Origin: a virus
Taxonomy: Duplodnaviria; Caudoviricetes
DNA length: 64,000 bases
Virus record (IMG/VR): IMGVR_UViG_3300034103_001892
Coordinates: 1,337 to 65,336 of that record
Direction: 5' to 3' (one strand)
Positions within the stretch are counted from its first letter, which is position 1. The number at the start of each line of letters is the position of its first letter. Shown in pieces: positions 28,992-36,981 of this stretch. The notes below the pieces were generated by a model. That model was not told the DNA's origin and ran no database searches. It worked only from the letters and a program-made list of their open reading frames with translations. A program made the translations under genes and the position numbers.

Positions 28992-30665
28992 ATGAACAGC
29001 AGATTTGATGAACTAGAAATCCTAATATCAAAGTTTACCAGGCAACTACCAGAAGACACAAAATACGCACACAGACTAGAAGAAGAACTTGAACTAATAG
29101 CTAAACTAAACTTTGCCAAGCACTTTTTACGTGTTAGAGAAATACTGGATCTAACAAGAGACATACCACACATCACACGTGGCTCAGCAGGGTCAAGCTT
29201 GATATGTTGGATGATGGGCATCAGTGATGTTGATCCCATTGTTGAAAACATACCGCTGAGCCGATTCATGAACCCCCGTCGGGATGATCTTCCTGACATT
29301 GATCTTGACTTTCCCCATTGGCAGCAACAAGAAGTAATGAACAGGATTTTTCGTAAATGGCCTGGACAAAGTGCAAGGGTCAGCAACTATGTTACCTATA
29401 AAGAAAAATCAGCTCGCAGAGAAGCAGCCAAGAGATTAGGAGCCAAAGGAAAGTTAAAACGTAACTTTGATTTTTCAGACGTCGTGCCTGACTATGTTGA
29501 AGATGCTGAAAGGTTAACCAACAAACTACTGGGCAAGAAACGTTGTATCAGCAAACACTGCGGTGGCATATTGATATTTGATCGTGCGGTGCCCAAAAGC
29601 TTGATCAATGGCGAAAATCAAATCTTGTTAGACAAGTACGAAATCGAAGACCTAGAACATTTCAAGATTGATGTTTTGGCCAATCGCGGATTGAGTCAAC
29701 TATGGGAAATAGAACAACGAGATTTGCTTGATTATCCTGAACAAGACGAAGCAACTGCTGAGCTTTTACGTCAAGGCAATGTACTGGGCGTAACACAGGC
29801 AGAATCTCCTGCAATGCGTCGTTTGTTTAGAGCAATACAACCTCGTAGTCGTGCCGATTGTGTGTTGGCTACTGCACTGGTTAGGCCAGTGGCCACTCAA
29901 GGACGCAGACGTGCCAGTTTTTTTCAAGACTGGAGCAAAGATGGTTTTCAGGATACCATAGTGTTTGAAGATGACGCCATTGAACTGATTGGCGAGATAC
30001 TAGGCTGCGACCAATACGAAGCTGACATGTGGCGTCGAGCTTTTGCTAAAAAGAACGAAGAAAAAATGTTTGAGTTCATGCAAAAGATAGGCACTCATCC
30101 TAGAAAGGATGATGTATTGTTGGCACTGCGAGAACTCAGTCATTTTGGTTTGTGTAGAGCTCATGCAATTAACCTAGGTAGACTGATCTGGGCATTGGCA
30201 TATCAAAAGGCACACAATCCTGTAAACTTTTGGAAGGCTGCGCTAAAACACTGCCAAGGCAGTTATGCTCGTTGGGTATATTGGCAGGAAGCCAAATTAG
30301 CAGGTGCTGTGCCTGCATTGATTGAAGGCAACGAAGTTGAGGACCTGGCTGTCAATGGCAAATGGCACTCTCCAAAGTTTATACCAGTTTGTCAAGAAAT
30401 AAGACATCCTGGCGAAATAGAATTCTGTGGTCTAGTAGCCAATTATCGTGTGTTTAAATCAAAACCCAAAGAGTACATAACCTTTGTTACCTTGGGCACT
30501 GGCAATGGACGCTACCTTGATGTGGTTGTTCCTCATGCATTGAGTTTACACGAACATCCAATTCTCTGGGGAAAAGGCAAACTTGGTTACAAAAACAACA
30601 CAGAATATGTTACAGTAAACAAAGTTCGTAAATTAAAACTCAGTGAGATTGCTGCTGTAAAATGA
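28992..30665 (+). CDS. dnaE: Minimal family C DNA polymerase (DnaE-like) lacking the PHP domain
   Basis: RGSAGSSL, RFMNPRR..LPDIDLDF, KHCGG, KIDVLANRGL, GVTQAES, AHA and a C-terminal OB-fold-like region. Only 557 aa. Confidence 0.85.
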   Translation: MNSRFDELEILISKFTRQLPEDTKYAHRLEEELELIAKLNFAKHFLRVREILDLTRDIPHITRGSAGSSLICWMMGISDVDPIVENIPLSRFMNPRRDDLPDIDLDFPHWQQQEVMNRIFRKWPGQSARVSNYVTYKEKSARREAAKRLGAKGKLKRNFDFSDVVPDYVEDAERLTNKLLGKKRCISKHCGGILIFDRAVPKSLINGENQILLDKYEIEDLEHFKIDVLANRGLSQLWEIEQRDLLDYPEQDEATAELLRQGNVLGVTQAESPAMRRLFRAIQPRSRADCVLATALVRPVATQGRRRASFFQDWSKDGFQDTIVFEDDAIELIGEILGCDQYEADMWRRAFAKKNEEKMFEFMQKIGTHPRKDDVLLALRELSHFGLCRAHAINLGRLIWALAYQKAHNPVNFWKAALKHCQGSYARWVYWQEAKLAGAVPALIEGNEVEDLAVNGKWHSPKFIPVCQEIRHPGEIEFCGLVANYRVFKSKPKEYITFVTLGTGNGRYLDVVVPHALSLHEHPILWGKGKLGYKNNTEYVTVNKVRKLKLSEIAAVK

Positions 30666-30976
30666 AAGTATATTCAAGACTACACTTATACCCGCACAAC
30701 AAACCAAATGGTCACGCCTATATAGTAGGTGATCCACTTGCGTTACGACGACTAGGTGATCTACTGAAAACAGCATCCACTAGCATGGTAGGGATTGAGA
30801 TCGCTGGTTTTTTTGGCAGCGACGGTCATGAATACGAACTAAGAATTGTTTCTCAAGTTGATGACATTGAGTGGCAACAACTACAGTTACCTGGTGTTGA
30901 TCTGTGTGGTACCGGCAATCTAAACACTGTGAAAACTTTTAATGAACTGCTAGACAAAAACAAAAGGGCCGCTTAG
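30662..30976 (+). CDS. Hypothetical protein
   Basis: 104-aa ORF whose start overlaps the end of the dnaE-like gene. Confidence 0.6.
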   Translation: MKVYSRLHLYPHNKPNGHAYIVGDPLALRRLGDLLKTASTSMVGIEIAGFFGSDGHEYELRIVSQVDDIEWQQLQLPGVDLCGTGNLNTVKTFNELLDKNKRAA

Positions 30977-30985
30977 GCCCTTTTG
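30961..30985. terminator. Bidirectional intrinsic terminator
   Basis: caaaagggcc-gctta-ggcccttttg, between the convergent dnaE operon and the capsid gene. Confidence 0.85.
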
Positions 30986-31008
30986 CGTCTTCCCATCCCG
31001 AGGAATGA

Positions 31009-32205
31009 TTAGCTGAAGCTAAGGTTCGAAACAGCGATCTCACCCAGATAGTCAGCTGCGTTACCAAAGCTGCTGGCTGTGTTAGTAAGTTCGATGTAGC
31101 CGTAACGTGTCATGAACGATACGACTGGTTCGAATGTGCTTGGATCCAGAACAACACCAGAACTCATTAATGGGATATATGGGCAGTAGAACGCGGCTGC
31201 ATCAGCCTCGCTTGAACCCTTATAACCAACTAGAACTGGAGTGCTGTCGCTAGCATAGCTATCAACAAACACACGCATTGAACCGTTTAGAGTACCAACA
31301 AACTTGGTGTTTGTAGGTGCTTCAAAGGTACCTTCAGTTGTACGTGCAAATGCTGAAGTTGTTGCTGATTGCAGAACAGTCAATGATGCTGAACTTACAA
31401 CTGCCCAGTTACCAGCGCCACGACGTGTACGCTGAGCGATCAGGTTAGCAACACGGTTGATCAGAACAGCTAAAGCAGCGTGTTCGTCACCAACGAATGT
31501 AGCAGTACCAGATACAGTAGCTTGGTTGTATGTAAACTCAGTTGCTGCAAGAGTACGCAGGCTCAGCAGGATCTCTTGATCAATTTCAGCAGTGATTTCT
31601 TGAGCCAGTGCGGCCATGATTTCTGCTTCAACGTCAATACCGTGCATTGCTTGTGCATCTTGTGCAGCTTCAAATGTCCAACGAGCTTGTAACTTACGTG
31701 TCTTGGCTTCAACAGCTTGCTTCAAGATCTGTACGGAAATATTCTTACCGCCGTTGCCTTCAAGAGTTGCTGTAGGAGCACCAGTATAGTTACTAGCTGT
31801 TGCTGCATTTGATGCAACTGTTGAGTAAGCAGTAGCAATTTTGAATGGGCTAAGTGCTTCTTCGCCAGCTACAACAGAAGTTGCTGCTGCGCTGTTGTCA
31901 GTTAGGTTACTTGCGTAACGAACACGCAGAGTATGAATCTGACCAACTGGACCAGTCATAGGCTGAACACCTACGAGCTCGTTAGCGATAACTGTTGGCA
32001 TCACACGACGAATAACTGGTAGAATCACACGGTTTAATGTAGCGATGTTACCAGCTGCTGTGGAACCAGCTGTTGCATTTTCTTTCAAATACTTTCGAGT
32101 GTTTTCTAAAATAACACCCATAGTGTTGCGACGATTACCTTTAAGGCCTTCCATTAAAGCGTCTTTGGTTTCGCCCCAACGACTTTCAAGTAGTTCTTGT
32201 GACAT
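31009..32205 (-). CDS. gp23: Major capsid protein
   Basis: VILPVIRRVMPTVIANELVGVQPMTGPVGQIHTLRVRY...VEAKTRKLQARWTFEAAQD...FYCPYIPL...FMTRYG. Confidence 0.97.
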   Translation of the reverse strand: MSQELLESRWGETKDALMEGLKGNRRNTMGVILENTRKYLKENATAGSTAAGNIATLNRVILPVIRRVMPTVIANELVGVQPMTGPVGQIHTLRVRYASNLTDNSAAATSVVAGEEALSPFKIATAYSTVASNAATASNYTGAPTATLEGNGGKNISVQILKQAVEAKTRKLQARWTFEAAQDAQAMHGIDVEAEIMAALAQEITAEIDQEILLSLRTLAATEFTYNQATVSGTATFVGDEHAALAVLINRVANLIAQRTRRGAGNWAVVSSASLTVLQSATTSAFARTTEGTFEAPTNTKFVGTLNGSMRVFVDSYASDSTPVLVGYKGSSEADAAAFYCPYIPLMSSGVVLDPSTFEPVVSFMTRYGYIELTNTASSFGNAADYLGEIAVSNLSFS

Positions 32206-32229
32206 TTAAGTCTCCTTCTTGTTTATAGT

Positions 32230-33315
32230 TTATAGCCCGGCCAGTCGCTTGAGGTCGATCACGTTACTGCGATCTGGCTCCTGAGTCGAGGCAACTTTAT
32301 CTCCAGTTACTTCTACCACGCTTTCTGTAATCACTGGTTTGGCTTTTACAGAGCGATCTTCAAGTACGGCTGGAAGATACTTTTCAAAAGCATTCTTTAA
32401 CCTGTTGGTTTGAACACTTTCAAGTAGATTTTGCATTACTTCGCGTTTTTCTGCGTTTAGTGGACGCAGTAAGTCAGACATGATATCATTTCTTTCATTT
32501 GACTCGCGAATCATGCGTATCTCTTGTTCTTTGCTTTCTGCTAAAACTCTTGCGTTTTTCGCAGTATTGATGGATTCAGCAAGCTTCCTGTCCTTATCTG
32601 CAATCACAGCATGAAGTTGTTTGACTTCTGCTTTTTCATTCAGATACGAACTACCAAATTCCGCAGCATAAGCTTCGAAAATACGGCGACCAAAATTGTT
32701 CTCGCGAGCAACTTTGATGTCTTCGTGAAGTTGGCTGATTTCAGCTTTTAGATGATTTGTAACAGCTAGAGTCATCTTGGCAGCACTTTCTTTTACAAAG
32801 CGTGACTTGAGTTCTTCTAGTTTGCGACGGGCTTCACTTACCAAGCGTACTTGTGTTTCCACAACTTTTTGCTTGTCTTGTGCAAACTCTGCAATTTCTT
32901 CTGCAAGGGCACGAACAATGAATTTTTCTAGTTTTTCAAGTCCTTCATTGTGCACCTTGCGATCTTTACGCAGTTCGCTGATCTCTTCAGCAAGTTTAGC
33001 TACCATAAAGTTGTTGAACTTAGTGGCATTCTCTTTTAACTTGTGTTGAGCAGCAACACGATCTTCTGCCAATTGACGCTTTTCAGCGTTCAAGGCTTCG
33101 AGTTCTGCGGTTAGACCTTCTGTTACCATTTTATCTAGGGCTTCAACCATCGTATTTTTATCATGCTCGTAGCGTTGTGCAAATTCCTCGCGGAGTGTTG
33201 CACTGATTTGATCACGTGCTTCGTTAAGTTTTGATTCCCAAACAATATTGAGTTCGCGACTTACGTCTTCGTTGATCAATCCGCTGTCAAGCAAAGGTTT
33301 GATGGCATCTAACAT
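32230..33315 (-). CDS. gp22: Prohead core scaffolding protein
   Basis: Helical E/K-rich protein between gp21 and gp23; FGRRIFEAYAAEF. Confidence 0.85.
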   Translation of the reverse strand: MLDAIKPLLDSGLINEDVSRELNIVWESKLNEARDQISATLREEFAQRYEHDKNTMVEALDKMVTEGLTAELEALNAEKRQLAEDRVAAQHKLKENATKFNNFMVAKLAEEISELRKDRKVHNEGLEKLEKFIVRALAEEIAEFAQDKQKVVETQVRLVSEARRKLEELKSRFVKESAAKMTLAVTNHLKAEISQLHEDIKVARENNFGRRIFEAYAAEFGSSYLNEKAEVKQLHAVIADKDRKLAESINTAKNARVLAESKEQEIRMIRESNERNDIMSDLLRPLNAEKREVMQNLLESVQTNRLKNAFEKYLPAVLEDRSVKAKPVITESVVEVTGDKVASTQEPDRSNVIDLKRLAGL

Positions 33316-33328
33316 TAGTAGATTCTCC

Positions 33329-33967
33329 TTAGATCTTTAGATCCTTGATAAGGCGTACTACTTCCTCTTTCAAGTATCTTTGCACTTTGTTGTCCTGCCC
33401 AACTTCTCTTGCTATCTCAATGGCCTTATGTCCATATTTCATGTTCATAAGTCCTTCATAAATTGCCATTGGATAAGCGTTTGGTGCGCTGGGCTGAGCA
33501 ACCACATCAACAGTGACTATTTCAAAATCACTGACATGTCCATTGTGATCGTTAACATTACCGCTTCCGCGGCTGCTAACGCCTAACTTCACACCGCTGT
33601 CCAACATGGTTTTCACCAGGTTGCCCATTGGCGTGGGTAAAATTCTTAATTTGCCGTAACCATCTGAACCGTCCATCCACATACCGTCAATCATGTGGCT
33701 TACACGGTCCAGATTGATTTTCAAATCATCAGGGTGATCAACTTCTCCAAGCACACTTTGGCCTCCGCGTATTTGTTCGTTGACAGTATCAACCGCTTTG
33801 GCAATTTCACGAGTAGGATAAATCCTATCGTTGGCGTTGCGCTGGTCTCCCTGAATGCAAATACCCTTCATGTACAATTTTTTACCAGTACCGTCATTGG
33901 AATCCTCGGTTATGAGTTCTACTCTGGCCTGATTGTAAGTGAGTGTTTCTTTTAGGTATTTGCTCAT
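33329..33967 (-). CDS. gp21: Prohead protease
   Basis: GICIQGDQRNANDRIYP, LGEVDHP, GVSSRGSG, DVVAQPSAPNA. Confidence 0.95.
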   Translation of the reverse strand: MSKYLKETLTYNQARVELITEDSNDGTGKKLYMKGICIQGDQRNANDRIYPTREIAKAVDTVNEQIRGGQSVLGEVDHPDDLKINLDRVSHMIDGMWMDGSDGYGKLRILPTPMGNLVKTMLDSGVKLGVSSRGSGNVNDHNGHVSDFEIVTVDVVAQPSAPNAYPMAIYEGLMNMKYGHKAIEIAREVGQDNKVQRYLKEEVVRLIKDLKI

Positions 33968-33974
33968 GATTTAA

Positions 33975-34844
33975 TTAGGCCTTTGCCAGCGGGCTCTTGG
34001 TGTTAACTCCAGTTGCTTGTGCTAGATGAGGCTTTGGAGCGGCTTTTTGATCTTTCATGCTGCTACCAGCTTTGTTCTGGAAGTCGCTGATTAGATCTTT
34101 GCTTTTGTTGCTATAGGCCGGAGTATCATGCTTGCCTCCTGTGCTGTCACCGCCGGTGATGTGTACTGGCTTGGACGCCATGCCTGCTGCACCACTGTTG
34201 GCTGCATATACTGCCTTTTTGTTAATTCCGCCTTCTTCAGAAGTAACTGGCTTTGGAGCAGCTTTTAAACTAACAGCTTCCATAAACTCTTCTTCATCGT
34301 CGCCCATGTCACCGCCCATGTCGTCCATGCCGTCGTCCATGCCGTCGTCCATGCCATCCATTTCGTCTTGATTCATGAGTTCTTCAAATTCAGCCATGAG
34401 TTCGTCGAGCTTGTCTTCAAGATCAACCACACGATCTTCTAGATCACCTGGGGCATCTTCGCTGCCTTCGGCATCGTCAAATCCAGTTTCATCGGCGAAG
34501 TCATTCATTTCTTCGTCATCTTCGCTCATGCCCATTTCTTCGCTTTCAACGTCGCTCATGAGCTGGTCGCTGGCATCACCTTCATAGGTGCCCATTTCGT
34601 CCATCATGCCTTCGTTCATTTCGTCATCGTGCATTGCTTCGTTGACTTCTTCGTCGTCATCTTCTGCCGCTTCGTTGACTTCTTCGTCATCATCTTCTGC
34701 TGCTTCATATACATCTTCTTCGTCCATCATTTCTTCATAGATGGCGCGACTTTTTTCTACGACAATATCATGAAACAGCTCACGAGCTTTTTCAGTTTCG
34801 TCGTTAATCACATACTCAATTAGTTGCTCAAAACGAGTTGACAT
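33975..34844 (-). CDS. Acidic prohead core-like protein
   Basis: Very D/E/M-rich; position between portal and protease matches T4 gp67/gp68. Confidence 0.65.
   Translation of the reverse strand: MSTRFEQLIEYVINDETEKARELFHDIVVEKSRAIYEEMMDEEDVYEAAEDDDEEVNEAAEDDDEEVNEAMHDDEMNEGMMDEMGTYEGDASDQLMSDVESEEMGMSEDDEEMNDFADETGFDDAEGSEDAPGDLEDRVVDLEDKLDELMAEFEELMNQDEMDGMDDGMDDGMDDMGGDMGDDEEEFMEAVSLKAAPKPVTSEEGGINKKAVYAANSGAAGMASKPVHITGGDSTGGKHDTPAYSNKSKDLISDFQNKAGSSMKDQKAAPKPHLAQATGVNTKSPLAKA
34636..34706. repeat. 33-bp tandem duplication (EAAEDDDEEVN x2); a 12-bp MDDG repeat also lies near 34316-34362
   Basis: gcttcgttgacttcttcgtc(g/a)tcatcttctgc repeated; gtcgtccatgcc repeated. Confidence 0.85.
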
Positions 34845-34922
34845 TTTAATCTTTCTCCTTAGTTTGGGGTAAATTTCATTTACCCCAAGGGTAAATGTTA
34901 TAATTTATTTACAGATAATGAA

Positions 34923-34951
34923 AAAAAACCACCGTTTAACGGTGGTTTTTT
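34923..34951. terminator. Perfect inverted repeat, intrinsic terminator
   Basis: aaaaaaccaccgtt-t-aacggtggtttttt, downstream of 34970..35191. Confidence 0.8.
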
Positions 34952-34969
34952 ACTAAAAAATTACAAAAA

Positions 34970-35191
34970 TCATGCCATAGGTGCTGCTGGCGGTGGTGCA
35001 TACATTTCTTTTACTTTTTTCATTTTTTCTGCAAATTCATATGTTCTAAGATCATTCATCTGTCTTAGTTTGTTCAATTGCTTTAAAGTTAATCTAGTTT
35101 TACGTAATTGGCCAAACCTAGGCTGGCTGTTGTCTTGGGCAACATCTTGATATTGTTTGGGATTCCTTTCCCATAATTCTTTAATAATCAT
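34970..35191 (-). CDS. Small conserved head-region protein
   Basis: RKTRLTLKQLNKLRQM; TAAATA 5 nt upstream of the ATG. Confidence 0.65.
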   Translation of the reverse strand: MIIKELWERNPKQYQDVAQDNSQPRFGQLRKTRLTLKQLNKLRQMNDLRTYEFAEKMKKVKEMYAPPPAAPMA

Positions 35192-35199
35192 AACAATAT

Positions 35200-36966
35200 T
35201 TATGCACCTGGAGGCGGTGTTGCTGCTGGCTGTCCAGCAGGGGGAGCTGCTCCTGGAGGTTGCCCAGCAGCCTGTAGCTCTACACCAGTGGCAATTTCTT
35301 CACCAGTTTGAATATCACTTTCTAGTCCCGCTGGTGTTACTCCAATGGCTCGTAAGTCCTGACCTTGAGTGGTTTCAAGTTCTGCTGAGCCACGTTCTTC
35401 GCGCCACATTTCTTCATTTTCAGTGATTTCTTCTTCGGTCAATCCTAGGAATCTTTTCAATGCAAAACGTTTGCTCATGTATGGAAATGCTTCCATGACT
35501 TGAAACGTTGCAACCCTGTCTTTGTCTAGTTCGCTTTGACGATAACTAGCAAAGTTCTGCGGAGGGCAAAATGTAATATTGAACAATCCATTGTCAATAT
35601 TAAAGCCACGCCAGCGCATGAACATTTTGAATTCGTCATCTAGTTTTTGAATAACAACGTTTTGTAAACGCTCGCAGTATTGATTAAATCTATACTCTTG
35701 AATCAAAGCTGTGCCAACTTTGCCATCTGTTAATGAACGATCGCTGTCATCCGGGCCAGTGGGCAAATAGCTACTAGGCACACGTAACCCACGTGCCATT
35801 TTGTTATTGAAGTATTTTAAATCGTCAATTTCGCCAAGATTTTGCCCACCTTGCAATGTATCTACACTGGACCCGCGACCGTTTTCTCCCACAGGGAAGA
35901 AATAATCCTCGCCTACGCTCAACGGATTATAGCTTGAATCCATCATGTTGTTACCGCCACCGTTGATAGTAGGAATACGACGTTGATGCATTTCATTCTT
36001 GATGCGCTCAACAAACTGCATGGCAAGATGACTGGGCATATTACCAACGTCAATCTTAAAGATTCTACGTTCTGGTGCACGTTGAACTCTATAGATCAAG
36101 ATTGAATCCTCTAGCAGTTCTTTTTGCTTATAAACTTTGAAAATGTTTTCTAGTACACTCTGCCCAAAAGGCCAGAAAAAGTCTAATCCTTCATTCAAAC
36201 TCAAATGCACCACATGCTTTGCATCAATAGTGGTTTCATTTACAGCTTTCATGAATCTGCTGCTGCCGCTACTGGGAGCGTTTGGCATGGTATAAGCAAT
36301 AGGGGCGGTCGCGCCACCTGTGCCAGGATTCAACATGTAATCACTGACAGTTTTTGTTGCAACACTGAGATTTTGAAAGTTAGGATTAATATCACGAATC
36401 ACGTATTGCTCTGGACGTTTGCCATCACTTTCATTTACAATCACTCGGCTGACCTTGGTCATGTCAACCCAATACATTTCAAATGTCTGGGGATCTCTTA
36501 CAAAAACTTGATCACCGTATTTGATTGTGTTACGGAAAAGTTTGAATATTCTCTGATCCAATTGATTGAGTTTAACCCATTGCTGAAGCTGTTTTTTAAT
36601 GATCTCTGTTTCGTGATCAGTGGGTCTGTCTCTAAACTTGATTTCAAACGGAGTTTCATTGTTTTCGTTGCGCTGAGTGCTAAACTCTGCAAGAATGTCC
36701 AAACACGCATTGATTTCGCTATCACAATCCATGTTTTCATATTGATTGTAGCGTTCAATTCTGTTGGGGTGTCCGGTATAAACTTCGGGTAATCTGCTGG
36801 CATAATTTTTATAACTAAAATCTGCTTCTGCATTGCCATACGCATCGTAGCCAGTTCCGTAGCTAGGACCCCTCCAATTGCGTCCGTTTATAGGACTCAT
36901 GGTGCCGCCGGTGTCAACCACCTTGAAGTATTTTTTCCAACCGCCTTGAGACTTTGGTTCAGCCAT
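35200..36966 (-). CDS. gp20: Portal protein
   Basis: LEDSILIYRVQRAPERRIFKIDVGNMP...EDYFFP...GGQNLGEIDDLKYF...LRVPSSYL. Confidence 0.97.
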   Translation of the reverse strand: MAEPKSQGGWKKYFKVVDTGGTMSPINGRNWRGPSYGTGYDAYGNAEADFSYKNYASRLPEVYTGHPNRIERYNQYENMDCDSEINACLDILAEFSTQRNENNETPFEIKFRDRPTDHETEIIKKQLQQWVKLNQLDQRIFKLFRNTIKYGDQVFVRDPQTFEMYWVDMTKVSRVIVNESDGKRPEQYVIRDINPNFQNLSVATKTVSDYMLNPGTGGATAPIAYTMPNAPSSGSSRFMKAVNETTIDAKHVVHLSLNEGLDFFWPFGQSVLENIFKVYKQKELLEDSILIYRVQRAPERRIFKIDVGNMPSHLAMQFVERIKNEMHQRRIPTINGGGNNMMDSSYNPLSVGEDYFFPVGENGRGSSVDTLQGGQNLGEIDDLKYFNNKMARGLRVPSSYLPTGPDDSDRSLTDGKVGTALIQEYRFNQYCERLQNVVIQKLDDEFKMFMRWRGFNIDNGLFNITFCPPQNFASYRQSELDKDRVATFQVMEAFPYMSKRFALKRFLGLTEEEITENEEMWREERGSAELETTQGQDLRAIGVTPAGLESDIQTGEEIATGVELQAAGQPPGAAPPAGQPAATPPPGA

Positions 36967-36981
36967 AATTGATATTTATCG

